A DNA stretch of 63,539 bases, counting the filler, from Octopus bimaculoides (taxonomy: Eukaryota), in NCBI RefSeq assembly GCF_001194135.2. It is 7 parts of 6 records of this genome, joined end to end, with 100 filler letters (N's around TTAATTAATTAA, not from the genome) between each part and the next. Parts side by side here need not be neighbours in the genome. Positions count along the whole stretch, not along the records: positions 1 to 28,366 come from NC_068988.1; 6 more parts are not named here. One strand, given 5' to 3'. The stretch's first letter is position 1, and each line of letters begins with the position of its first letter. The notes beneath the pieces are model-generated. The model ran no database searches. It was not told where the DNA came from and worked only from the letters and a program-made list of their open reading frames with translations. The position numbers and the translations under genes were made by a program. This document shows positions 1-12,172 of this stretch, piece by piece.

Positions 1-7
1 GGCTGAG

Positions 8-228
8 AACGGCGGTTGCAAACGGCGGTTGCAAACGGCGGTTGTGAACGGCGGCTGTGAACGGCGACTGTGAACGGTGGTTGCAAACGGCGGTTGCAAA
101 CGGCAGTTGTGAGCGGCTGTTGCAAACGGCAGTTGCGAGCGGCTGTTATGAACGGCGTTTGCAAACTGCGGTTGTGAACGGCGCCTTTGAACGGCGGTTG
201 CAAATGGCGGTTGTGAACGGCGGTTGTG
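8..228. repeat. 13-bp minisatellite (AACGGCGGTTGCA / AACGGCGGTTGTG), about 17 units, probably continuing beyond the window start
   Basis: Units read directly. ORF 57..287 is just the translation of this array. Confidence 0.95.
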
Positions 229-296
229 GAGACCTCTTTAAAATACGGAGGGGGAAAATCTCATTTCCACCCCATTCCATATTTTAAAGAGATCTC
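229..296. other. 68-bp imperfect palindrome (long hairpin)
   Basis: GAGACCTCTTTAAAATACGGA (229-249) is the reverse complement of TCCATATTTTAAAGAGATCTC (276-296) with 2 mismatches. The inner GGGGGAAAAT/ATTTCCACCC also pairs, with bulges. Confidence 0.9.
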
Positions 297-444
297 AGGC
301 TAGCAGTGTACGGGGTCTGAAGATATGTCGTAACGCTAAACCCCATAAGAGCGAGAAACCCAGGGTTACTCCATAAACCGGCCTACCCCACTATAGTATA
401 TATGTATGTGCTTGTGTGTGTGTGGAGGGGGGTGAATCTCTGTG

Positions 445-592
445 TGTGTTTTTGTGTGTGTGTTTGCCCCACCACCAGTGCCAGGCTTTTTTAAAAACGT
501 ATTTTGGGTCGATACATTCGACTAGGAATTCTTCCAGGCGGTGCCTCGGCATGGTCGCAGTATAATGATTGAAACAATTAAAAGATAAAAGT
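445..592 (+). mobile_element. 3' half of octopus-type SINE (family B)
   Basis: GGGTCGATACATTCGACT...GGCGGTGCCTCGGCATGGTCGCAGT...GAAACAATTAAAAG matches the copies at 53400-53545 and 53850-53922. Confidence 0.85.
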
Positions 593-959
593 TATATATA
601 GCATGATAATTGAAAATCAATTTTTTAAAATTAATTTCATAATATTAGCAGAAAAATAAACGGTGAAAGAAACGATCCAAAATCAAAATTATAGAGCTTC
701 GTGAAAGCACCTCCATGATACATCAGCAGATTGCCATAACAAATATATCTATGTTTACACACACATATATGTATGTACGTACGTACGTATGTATGTATGT
801 ATGTATGTGTATACTTATATATACACACACGCGAAAAGGCAAACACGTACGCACACTCATTTACATGTGTTGTGCATGTATGTTTATGTACATGAGTAAA
901 TTGATAATATTTTAATTCTGTCTGCCAGCCTTATATCTATATCAATTTGGTTAAAGAAT

Positions 960-1600
960 CCCCTCAAGAATTATTTTTGGTTTGCAAATCTGCAAACATT
1001 ATTTTGGTTAAATATTTTCTACCATGATTTTCCATTCCTTATCTTTTCAAGAAAGAAAAATTACCCAAGGTAACGTTCATAAGATATTTTCAAACATATT
1101 TTTAGCTTTTCTCTTAAGAGAGAGTTATATAAATTCGATATTGCTTAATAATTTTGTTAAGGAATATTTTATTGGAAAATTATTGAAGTGAGTTCGAGTG
1201 GGTAGGGTTCGGCTTCGTAGTCGTAGGTGCAGCATTTTGTTTCCCATCACTAAGTTTTTAGTCTCTTTCCGGTGTGTGAAATTACCTTATATATTATCCA
1301 ATACATTTAGCTTCTAATTCTTCCCAACCGTAACATTGTGAGCATTAAGGATTACAGTGAAGTATTTGGCGTGTATTGTGAGCACGTTTAGAAAATGCTT
1401 CACATGACTAACTTACACTAATCCAAGTAAATATTTTTCTCTACCAAAATCAACGTTTATTTAATAACTCATTCAAAAATCATAAGGATGCAGCAATACC
1501 CTAAATTTTCCGCTGTTGTTATTGGAATCCCTGTTGTAAACAGATCAAGCAGAGTCATGATCGAAGGCGCTATATTATTGCCATAGCGAGTATTTTAATA
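960..1600 (-). mobile_element. Possible highly decayed Penelope-like reverse transcriptase remnant
   Basis: Minus-strand peptides in the expected order: LDLFTTGIP (about 1545-1520), VMGNK..AAPT (about 1250-1225), ERYLG (about 1075). These resemble PLE RT motifs SFDVxSLFTNIP, MGTKxAPxY and RYLDD. Many stops and frameshifts. Confidence 0.3.
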
Positions 1601-2462
1601 TTCAAGGCATTATTACCTGTATCTATTGTTAGATTATAGGTTTGTAATGTTAGCAGCTTCGCGTCGGAATTTCTGGTGCTTTTCTAGCGAGTTCCTTATT
1701 GGTTCCATGGTAAAGATTTCTTTAATATTCGATATAATGAAACTTCAATAGCTAAAACTAGGCCAAAATTTTCAATAACTGATTTTACGTCAGTAAGATT
1801 CGGTTGGAACAGTTTTTAGAGGATCTTTGTAACACATTCATCTCTGCCAAAATATACAAATCATTTCACCTAAGTGTAAGCTCGGCAGGTCCTTATCGAA
1901 AGTTTTAAACGGCGATTTCCTCACTAGGGTCCCCATATTACACGAAGGATATCGTTTTGTTGTGAACGTGTAGTGCTATCTCAAAACGCATTTTCCCACA
2001 TGACTATATGTATCGCGACATATAGAGGATTTTACTTCCTATCCAAAATAAAGAAGTTATATATTTTGGTTTCCATCATACTACAACACGTGAGTGTTTA
2101 AATTTACTGAATGTCCACCGACTCTGCTAGCGCCGATGTTTTCTTCTTTCTAAACTATCGAAACGATTGCCTCTTTTGTATTCAACCTTTACACAATTTC
2201 TATGGAGGATGATCTCAGATATAAGATCTTTTCTACCCTAATGGCTGAGACTCGATTCCTTCAATGCTGATTGCTCTCATAACGGCCGTATATTGTGATA
2301 AACTACATCTTCCAACATTCTGATGGATCTCTGTGACCCCAGAAACAGCTGTTGGACTTATGTCACCTTTCCTCCTCACAATTACTTTTCTCTAACGTTT
2401 GTACTTGGATCTATTAATATAAACATTTATATATTTATACTTGTTGCTTTCTCTAGTTTTGC

Positions 2463-2546
<84 letters not shown>
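2463..2546. repeat. Compound (TA)n-(TG)n microsatellite
   Basis: Direct reading. Confidence 0.97.
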
Positions 2547-2552
<6 letters not shown>

Positions 2553-5198
2553 ATTTTTTTGTTTTCATAGTTTACCGTCAATTTTTCACTTGAAGAAATA
2601 ATAAAAATCAAATAAAATATAATAAATATGGCGCTGTATTGAAACAAATTCAACGATTCTCAATTTAATCTGCTTAAAACTAAATATCACTACATAATAC
2701 AAACGAACCGTTCCAACCATTTAGTCACCTCCAGTACTGTTTCTGTGTTTCAACTGTGATATTTCTTCCCAAATATATTGATTTTAAATACCGACATAAA
2801 GAAACTTTTAGGGCTACCAAAAAGTAATGACTCATTGCATGTAACTTGTATAAAACATGTGGCAAATTGTTATCAATAATATTTTCCCTCCCCGAAAGCA
2901 GTTTTCTCATTCCTCGGGGAAGAAAACCAGCTTCTTTGGAACTGATAAATGTTTGTGGTGTTGTTTCGATAATGTCTCTTCTTCTGAATACTTAGTTACT
3001 GGAAAGGGACAGGAATATGTGAAAATCTGATGGTTGTACGTTTGTGTGTAGGGAGAATAAGATAGAGACCCGGAGCCTAATAAATTAATCTTTACTTGAG
3101 TTATTTTCATGAAGGCGCTGATCTATTCGCCAAGACCAGCTCGTGAGATACACGACTCACGTCATTATATAGTTTCCTCAATCTGCTTCAGGTGACTATG
3201 CGCAGTAGACCAAGATTTAGCAAACTTCCGGGATAAGTCTCCGATACTTTGACGCGGATTCTATTATGGTGTGACATTAAACTATTTACATGAAAATACG
3301 ATACTACTTTTTGGTACCCTTAATTATTCCTGGGGGAAGAGATATCCAGTGAAATGGAACTCAATATCTGGGTACATATGTATAGTCTCTGAAAGGAGAA
3401 AAATGGGGATGAAATTTGAACAAAACACCGACATATATTTTATCCGATGCTCTACCAAGTCTCAAGTTTAAAACGTTCCGTTCTTCTCCATCATATTGAA
3501 GCTGACTCTAGTATGAAATATCATATATATATCGATTCAGAGAAAATAACTTTAAGACAAAACGCCGACAGTTGTAATTGAAAAACTTTCATTCGGCAAA
3601 CTAAGTAACATACTTTTATTTTTGCTGAGTTTCCAGACGATACTTTTTTCCAGGAAATCTAAAACGTAAATTAGAAATTCATGGTTATTTCTCAATAAAA
3701 TAGTTTTACGATAGTTGCACTGCAAGAATTTTTAAATGTCCAACATAGTTTCTTTTTTTTTTTTTTTTAACGTACGCTGGGATACTTCGTCGACTTTTAA
3801 TCATTATAGCGCTATCAAAATACGTTGTGGCAACAATAATACTAGTGTTGGTAATCTGGTTTTGTTTTTTGTTGTTTTGTTCCTTTCCTTTGCTTTTTTT
3901 CTATTTTCGTTTTCTTTCTTTTTGTTGGTAGAGATGTAGGGAAAAGAAAAAATAATCAAATATTTATCGAATTAAAATTTGTACTGAGTAACAACTAATA
4001 TTTTCTGCTCGATGAATGCCAGGACAAAATTGTTGGAAGAAAACAGAAGATAAGAATCATTGATGGCGTGTCCGGTTTTGCAGAATACAATGAATAATAA
4101 TTATATTAAAAAAAAACCCACACATATAATAGAAAATCGCCCTGGACAGAAATGAAATATCATAGCGATTGCAATTAATACAGCAATGAATGCTTATCGC
4201 AACTTTCCAGTTCCATTTCTGATCATATTTTCCTGAAGATGGCTTTAATAATGCTGGAATCAAAAACATAAATTTGTGAGAAAGAAATATTTATTGTCTA
4301 TATTAATTGTCTATATTTTCATTTAAATGAGAAACGATAGTCGATTTTCTTTTCACTGAATAAATACGTTTATTTTTCCTTTTCTCTCTTTTAAACAAGA
4401 TATTGTATTGACTTTACTCAACCATTTAACCATTATGCAGGAAAAGGGTATATGGGAGCAGAGGAGGTAGTTGTTGGAGTGGAAAGGAGGCGTTAGGGTG
4501 TTGGTGTTGGTACTGGTTTGGTAGTGGTGCTGGTGTTACTGGTGCTTCTGGTGCTGGTGCTGGTAACGTTAGTTGTAGCTAATTGTCGAGCTCCAAATAA
4601 TGTACGTGTTTGCTGGAGCACCTCTAAAGACCGTGCTCTATGAACCCATTACTACAAGTTAACATAACCTTCTTCAATTGTGCATTGCTTTCCCTAGGCA
4701 CAGTGGTGAACCATAGCAAGAACCCTTGCTTACAGTTCAGGGTATCCATGAGTCAAACCACTTAATCCGTCGGTCATAGAACACTGGTAACGATACACGA
4801 CATATGCATTATTACACTGCAACCCGCCTTTTTAATGTCTCAAACCCCAACAACATTCAAACGCTAATTACCAGAGACACCTAAATTAATGTCTATTGTT
4901 CAATGGCGAGCAACGGGTACTTGTAAATATATACAGAATGGAAACACAGACGTATAAACATACGTCATGAATTAAACGATTGATATAAAACAAATAAAAA
5001 AATATTCTCAGTTATTGACAGGGACATTTGGGAACCATATTTAGATTCCATATCATGTAGAAAGCTACAGAAATATAAATCACACCGTTTGGATAAAACA
5101 CCGTTTAATCGCTCGTAACGTTTCCAAATATATATATATATATATATATATATANNNNNNNNNNNNNNNNNNNNNNNNNNNNNNNNNNATATATAGGT

Positions 5199-5533
5199 GG
5201 AGGCGCAATTGCCCATTGGCTAGGGCAGCGGACTCGCGGTTTCGATTCCCAGACAAGGCGTTGTGAGTGTTTATTGAGCGAAAACACCTAAAGCACCACG
5301 AGGCTCCTGCAGGGGGTGGGGGTGGCGAACCCTCCTGTACTCTTTCACCACAACTTTCTCTCACTCTTTCTTCCCTGTTTCTGTTGTACCTGTAATTCAA
5401 AGGGGCCAGCCTTGTCACACTCTGTATCACATGTCTTGGGAGTACTCAGACACTTGCACGTTAATTTCATGAAGAGGCTGTTCCGTTGATCGGATCAACT
5501 GGAACCTTCCTCGTCGTAACCGACGGAATGCCA
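5199..5533 (+). mobile_element. tRNA-derived SINE (family C, OR1-like)
   Basis: Head GGAGGCGCAATTGCCCATTGGCTAGG (A-box-like) and GGTTTCGATTCCC (B-box). A second copy lies at 55603-55758. The published family name is from recall. Confidence 0.85.
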
Positions 5534-5575
<42 letters not shown>

Positions 5576-5834
5576 TGTTTGTTTTTACTTCGAACTAAAT
5601 TCTCTATTCTCCTATTTCTTTATTTTTTTAGGTAGTCCGCTTTTAGTAGTCTCCCCTGTCCTGGTCTATAGTCGCAAGACTTGGTCACTGCCCAGGGCCC
5701 TTAAGATCTACATGGACACCTTTGGTACGAGGGCACTTTGCAGGATAATGGGTCATCATTCCTCGAAACGATGACTCAGGAACTGGGATGCGTCATGTTA
5801 TTTGTGCGATTGTATTTAACTGCAATCGGTCAAC

Positions 5835-5935
5835 TCGAATGTACAGGAGAAAACATTTAGTTAAGGTGCCATGCAGTAGAATTGAACCCGTAACTACGTG
5901 TTTGCAAAACAAACTTCTCTACAACTCTATGAGTA
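5835..5935 (-). mobile_element. SINE head fragment (family B, CORE-like), degenerate
   Basis: Reverse complement resembles the head at 53166-53260 (GGTTCAATTCTACTGCATGGCACCTT). Confidence 0.6.
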
Positions 5936-6644
5936 CTCCTTTAAAACACGGTCGGAAGAAAATTTGCTCGCTATGGTTAGGAAGTTGAACCACCATGAAG
6001 ATGTAATCTTGTTATGTTTCGGCGGTTCTCATTGACTGCGCTTTTCATCAAGTAGATATCATTTCTCCGCAAGCATTCGACATATTTATCACGTGGCAAT
6101 ACACTGGTTAGAAAATTGGAGAAACGGAGTAAGGCACGACACGAATTTTTCTTCACCTGTCGAAAATACGTCAACACAAACGCAAGAAGGGTTACTTAAG
6201 TGAGAACTGCTGGTGATATTTTATTGTGCAACAAGTTTAACAACGTCTTTGTTTCTTTTGAGAGAGACAACAGACAAAGAAACAGTTATTCAGACTGTTC
6301 TGTTCTCGCAGTAAAAGACGCTTGTGTTAAAGGTCAGTGAGCTGAGTCTAATGGCATTCTCTTCGGAATGACCAGTCGACAATGTAATATTTTGGGTGAC
6401 ACAGACTGACATCATTTTTCTCGGACTTCATGTGTGAATTTATAAATGTATGTATCTATGAATGTATGTACGCATGTGTGTGTATATGTATATTTAACAT
6501 ATGTATCTATGTGTGTAGGTACAAACATGCACACACATAGATATATGTGAGTGTCTGTGTTTGTCTGTTCTATATACGTGGTTATGTTTAGCGATGTAAA
6601 ACCGGTTGTTGCAAACATCGGTGAATATTTTGTGAATTGGCCAA

Positions 6645-6810
6645 ATTGTGAGGGCGTCGGCGGACGAGTCGCTTTGCACTGTTTAGTTACAGCTTTTTAC
6701 TTTCTAAGTTCAAATCCCATCGAAGCCGACTTTGCTTATCATCGTTCCCCTCAAACCTAAAAATATGGCTATACCAGTAATATACTGCTTCGATTTAATT
6801 GATTATACTA
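6645..6810 (+). mobile_element. tRNA-derived SINE (family A), degenerate
   Basis: TTCTAAGTTCAAATCCCATCGAAGCCGACTTTGCTTATCATC matches the family core at 16750-16810. Confidence 0.7.
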
Positions 6811-7608
6811 TCTGCAAAGACATGTTAATTTTGTGCAAATAATAAAAATTAATATTTTCGACTCTTTTGTGAAAAGTGAATGAGCGAATCGGTTAAATAA
6901 TGCTAACCCAAACCCTTCTTCAAAAGATGGAATGTCGCGTTAGTTAATTTTTTTTCTCCATAGACAGCGTTTAGGAAAATGATGGGATAGTCACGGTTGA
7001 TACGTACTTGATCATCGGTTACAGATGACTAGGAAATAAACAGGAATTTTTTTTTCTCAGATGTGGTGGCCTCTGTTTAATTTCATTCACGGTTCGGGTC
7101 TGTTTTGCTTAAGTAATTAATTATGCCACGGTTGTTGCCTTGCAAACACAAGCTTCGAAGAGAGCGTAGACATTTTATATGCTGGTTCAAACCCTCACAC
7201 GCTAACATTATGGACCTCAAGTGTCCCTCCATTTTGTGGCCTTAGAAATTATGTAGACTCTTGGATATACTTGAGTCACCAAAATCAAAAATGGTATCGT
7301 TTTGCTATAGAAGCTCTAAATCAGGAGTTCTCAATCATTTTTCTTTTGCCTCCTTTGATTCCTATTTTCCACGGATGGCCCTCACAGCCAAATGATGTTC
7401 AAAAGTTCCTATTATATTGTTATAACTAAATATTGTCTGGAATTGTATAAAAGATTGTTAAAATATGTGTGTACTGTAGAAGCATAACCACTTTATTTCA
7501 CATGATTTTTAACATGATCTTACATACCCACCCCTCCCAAAGGTCATATGATCCCCATTTGAGAATCCCTGCTCTAACTAATGAAATGCGGTGTTTTTCC
7601 CGGATCAT

Positions 7609-7618
7609 TCTACTACTA

Positions 7619-7654
<36 letters not shown>

Positions 7655-7740
7655 TTACTGCTGCTACTACTACTACTACTACTAATAATAATAATAATAA
7701 TAATAATAATTATAATAATAATAATAATAATAATAATAAT
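7609..7740. repeat. Compound trinucleotide microsatellite (CTA)n-(CTG)n-(CTA)n-(ATA)n
   Basis: Direct reading. Confidence 0.97.
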
Positions 7741-7752
7741 CGTGACAATATT

Positions 7753-7862
7753 CTGAAAGTTTCATCCGAATCCATCCAGCGATTCTTGCGATATCTTTTC
7801 CACGAACAAACAAACAAACACTGCTGAAAACAATACCTCCGCCTTCGCTAAGGCAGAGGTAA
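7753..7862. mobile_element. Terminus of a Helentron-associated non-autonomous element (HINE/DINE-like)
   Basis: GAAAGTTTCATCCGAATCCATCCAGC..., an (AAAC)n tract, then GAAAACAAT and hairpin ACCTCCGCCTT-CGCT-AAGGCAGAGGT (7835-7860). This layout is typical of HINE ends. Class assigned from recall. Confidence 0.6.
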
Positions 7863-7869
7863 AGCAATC

Positions 7870-8350
7870 GGCGAGGACGTTTTCTTTAGGGAAGGCAGAA
7901 AATCCAGTGATCTAGTTGAACTCTGTGTAAACAATGCATGGGAGGCAATATGTGTTCTTGTAGAGGTAGGTGTTAAAGGATTTGTTGGAAGCGGGGTTAA
8001 TTTGATGCCCAGGAGTTTTTGACTAGTAGTGAAAGAGTAAAAAGATGGGAGAAAATTTTTGCAAGTCGCTGAGAAAGCAAACCATTACATGTGACTCCAG
8101 AAAGAGGACAAGTGATGCAACTAGAACGACCATTGAGGATGGTGGAAACATCTGGCCCAGAGTCACCACATTTCACTCAACAAAGCTGGTGTTGTCATGC
8201 CGGAGTTTTCTCACCTGCAGCTGTGGACGGCTTCGGAGCATCCCTCGTGTTGTAGGAGGAAAAAGTGAAACATCTGCAGAGCTGCTTCACCACTTGATGA
8301 GGCATCGATTAGCCCTGAATTCGTAGACAGAGTGCAGCAGCATCCTTAAC
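7870..8350 (+). mobile_element. 3' end of a HERO-like (restriction-like endonuclease) non-LTR retrotransposon, pseudogenised
   Basis: From 7909: DLVELCVNNAWEAICVLVEVGVKGFVGSG. After a frameshift at about 8019: LTSSERVKDGRKFLQVAEKANHYM*LQK. This matches the RLE C-terminus pattern KYxELVxxCxxxGW...PVEVGCRGF...AERASRWLW, followed by a 3' UTR-like stretch. Confidence 0.75.
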
Positions 8351-9445
8351 ACACAAGTGTTCACCCTGTATATGTACGTGTGAAGATGGATTTTCATACA
8401 CATAGGTTCATATACATTTACGTATACACAATTTTACTTTCATGCAGCCATCCTAGGACATTGTGGTACCATATGTATGCATATATACGTATACACACAC
8501 ACACACATGTATATATTCATTTATGTATGTATGTACGTAAGTAAGTATGTACGTACGTATGTATGTACGTACGTACGTATGTATGTACATACGTACGTAT
8601 GTATGTTCCACGTAACTTTTGATCATTTATATTTTCTCATAAAAACAGCAAACAACAAATCAATATTTAAGTGATTTTCTGCTTGAAGCTATGATTCGTT
8701 CTTCTTTAGACATTTAGTAAAATATAATAACAAGTATCGTGGGAATTTTTAACATCACAGACGACACAACAAACGTCGTCAAAAGCTATACATTTGGGAA
8801 AGTTGAGAAAAAAAAGGAAAAAAAACAAAATATGTTTTATTCAAAGTTCTGCTAGCAAAATAGATAAAAATCGGATGCGTGCATTTGAGGCGTGAGACAA
8901 ATAGCCATTGTGTGTTTTACAATTATTTCACGCCAAAGACTGGCCTTATGAAAAAAAAACTACAAAAAATATAAAAACTCTGACCTATTTCTCTTTACAT
9001 TGTTTTCAGCTGGTTTCTTGTATGGAGATCACACAACTTTTTTATTTTTATTTTTGATAATTAGACATGCTGAAATAAAATAGAAAATAATTAGAAAACA
9101 ATAAAAAAAAACTAAGGATGAATAAAGCAAAAAAAAGGACAGATTGGTGGGTAAATTTTTCTCATGAACTTTTGTTTTTTTATTCTCACAATCTGACGAT
9201 AAAGCAAATACACAGACACACATACAAATAACACACAAACACACATACAAACACATATACACATATTGCCTAACAATACCTGTTGAAATTTAAAAATTCA
9301 GAAGGGAAAATGAAAATACTAATTTGAAACAAGAAACAATAATTTGAAATATATCAGCATCATTCATTCGAGTTTAATGGAATTGAAGAAATTTTCCGCT
9401 TAAATAATTGTAAAAGAAAAATTGCCAAAGTTAATTGGCATCAAA

Positions 9446-9473
9446 GGGGGTGACTAACTTCTGGGAGGCACAG
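9446..9473 (-). mobile_element. Possible solo Tc1-like terminal inverted repeat
   Basis: Reverse complement CTGTGCCTCCCAGAAGTTAGTCACCCCC resembles Tc1 TIRs of the CAGTGCC..AAAGTATTCACCCCC type. No partner TIR and no TA flank. Confidence 0.3.
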
Positions 9474-9640
9474 GTGAACCGTTATATTTCGATATTTAAT
9501 TACGTCGCTTTACATTCTAAGTTCAATCCCAACGAAATCGACTTTACCTTTCACCGTTACGGATGCGATAAAATATTTGCCAATCAAATACTGCGGTTGA
9601 TTTCATTGATTAGACCCTCCTGCCAAATTTCGATTACTGA

Positions 9641-9960
9641 CGTAGACTTTGGGCTGATGTCTATGAATGCAATTTGGGTGATATGTTAGTCGGGTACAGA
9701 GCGCAATATGAAATTGAAGAAATGTCAAGGGAACAGGTATTATATAATCAACTTCATGAGGTGATAGTTATGTCTGCTATGAAATGCGGTGTACTCCGAG
9801 CTGAATGGTTAAGCATCATCTTAAAGGTTCTTCGGAGTTTGTCCTTTTTAAAGAAATTTAATTCCATATTACGTTCTGTACTCGACTAAAGCCATATTCT
9901 GAAGCATAGATATATTCAGTTCTGACATTAGGCTATGAGTTTCGCTATGCCCAAACCAAA
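9641..9960 (+). pseudogene. Possible decayed protein-kinase-like fragment
   Basis: Frame LWADVYECNLGDML...IILKVLRSLSFLKKFNSILRSVLD*. Restoring one base at 9886-9887 gives VLDLKP, with HIL and SDIRL downstream in other frames. This resembles kinase subdomains V-VII. Confidence 0.3.
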
Positions 9961-10198
9961 ATNNNNNNNNNNNNNNNNNNNNNNNNNNNNNNNNNNNNNN
10001 NNNNNNNNNNNNNNNNNNNNNNNNNNNNNNNNNNNNNNNNNNNNNNNNNNNNNNNNNNNNNNNNNNNNNNNNNNNNNNNNNNNNNNNNNNNNNNNNNNNN
10101 NNNNNNNNNNNNNNNNNNNNNNNNNNNNNNNNNNNNNNNNNNNNNNNNNNNNNNNNNNNNNNNNNNNNNNNNNNNNNNNNNNNNNNNNNNNNNNNNNN

Positions 10199-10231
<33 letters not shown>

Positions 10232-10659
10232 CATACACGCAGACGCAACACGCATTAAGACACGCAACATACTTAGACCAAGATAACTTTCGCCCACATA
10301 CATACACCATACACACGCACACAGATATGACAAACAAAGGAATAAAAAAAGAATATAGTTTATTAAAGTTGTTTTCCTCCAAACGTACCCCTTTACGTTT
10401 ATCTGCGTAAAAAAATAGATTCAAAAGAAACTGAATTTCATTTGTCTTATTTCAGAATATACTTGGAATTTTTATGGGTTCTGTTAGCAGATACAAAAGG
10501 CAAAAGTATTCTAAAAGTCTATAATACCCTAAAATGTTTCAACAAGGAAAGAAACTGTATTTACTATACATATTCCCACATCTCTCAAAGCAGTGAATGG
10601 GGTTGGGGAAATAAAATAATACTGGTTTCAGATTTTGGCACGCGGCCGACAATTTTAAG

Positions 10660-10795
10660 GGTAAAGTAGTTCGATTATGTCGAACTCCAGTTCTCAACTG
10701 GTTCTTAATTCATCGATCCCGGAACGATAAAAAAAACGAAGTGGACCTCGGCGTAATTTGACCCCAGGACATAAAGACAGATGAAATGGGGCTAA
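10660..10795 (-). mobile_element. SINE family A fragment
   Basis: Reverse complement of the family core (CAACTGGTTCTTAATTCATCGATCCCGGAACGAT). Confidence 0.75.
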
Positions 10796-10849
10796 TCAGG
10801 TGACCCTTCATGCTAACGATATTGCCAGATCTTCGCCCTTTTGACACAA

Positions 10850-11050
10850 GGGTCGGCAAGTTTGGTGGATGGGTTAAACCGATTACATCGGGCCCCCAGT
10901 GTTCAACTGGTACTTATTTTATCGACCTTGAAAAGATGAATAGTAAATATTCGTCCACGACGAAATTTGAAATCAGAACCCGAAGACAGATGAAATGTCG
11001 CTAAGTATTTTAACTGGCGAGCTTAACGAGTCTGCCAGCTCGCTGCCTTG
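10850..11050 (-). mobile_element. SINE family A, near full length
   Basis: CAACTGGTACTTATTTTATCGACC...GCTAAGTATTT...TCTGCCAGCTCGCTGCCTT is the reverse complement of the family head and core. Confidence 0.85.
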
Positions 11051-11380
11051 AGACATAAAATAATGAAAGAACGGAGAGAGCGAGTAGCATCAACGCTAAG
11101 TGAATATGATTCTTTGTCAAAACTTGAACGGCGAGATTTCATCCTAATATCTCTTAACTGCTCTTAACTATTAAACATACATAGAAAGACATAAACATAC
11201 ATGAAACAGTTAGCGGAGAGAGCTGCTGCAATTAGCAAAGACATAAGCACTCGACGCTGTCATCTATTTAATACATTAAAAACATATCAAATAGCATTAA
11301 AAAAAAACAACATAAAGCAACTGAAGTTAGTGAGTAGAAGCTTTTACATATTTCACCAATATATCGTGGTAATATGTGTG

Positions 11381-11427
<47 letters not shown>

Positions 11428-12102
11428 NNNNNNNNNNNNNNNNNNNNNNNNNNNNNNNNNNNNNNNNNNNNNNNNNNNNNNNNNNNNNNNNNNNNNNNNN
11501 NNNNNNNNNNNNNNNNNNNNNNNNNNNNNNNNNNNNNNNNNNNNNNNNNNNNNNNNNNNNNNNNNNNNNNNNNNNNNNNNNNNNNNNNNNNNNNNNNNNN
11601 NNNNNNNNNNNNNNNNNNNNNNNNNNNNNNNNNNNNNNNNNNNNNNNNNNNNNNNNNNNNNNNNNNNNNNNNNNNNNNNNNNNNNNNNNNNNNNNNNNNN
11701 NNNNNNNNNNNNNNNNNNNNNNNNNNNNNNNNNNNNNNNNNNNNNNNNNNNNNNNNNNNNNNNNNNNNNNNNNNNNNNNNNNNNNNNNNNNNNNNNNNNN
11801 NNNNNNNNNNNNNNNNNNNNNNNNNNNNNNNNNNNNNNNNNNNNNNNNNNNNNNNNNNNNNNNNNNNNNNNNNNNNNNNNNNNNNNNNNNNNNNNNNNNN
11901 NNNNNNNNNNNNNNNNNNNNNNNNNNNNNNNNNNNNNNNNNNNNNNNNNNNNNNNNNNNNNNNNNNNNNNNNNNNNNNNNNNNNNNNNNNNNNNNNNNNN
12001 NNNNNNNNNNNNNNNNNNNNNNNNNNNNNNNNNNNNNNNNNNNNNNNNNNNNNNNNNNNNNNNNNNNNNNNNNNNNNNNNNNNNNNNNNNNNNNNNNNNN
12101 NN

Positions 12103-12172
<70 letters not shown>

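Noticed and set aside
314-362. CTGAAGA...GAAAC as a hammerhead ribozyme
   Set aside because: No stem II pairs directly between the two core segments.
2725-3110. Possible Penelope GIY-YIG words (VLYKL, SIYLG, SCPF) on the minus strand
   Set aside because: Needs several frameshifts, and its order relative to the RT-like piece at 960-1600 is wrong for one element.
5943-6203. 87-codon plus-strand frame with a single TGA (LLAMVRKLNHHEDVILLCFGGSH*LRF...)
   Set aside because: No recognisable domain and no clear splice sites, so it cannot be separated from chance.
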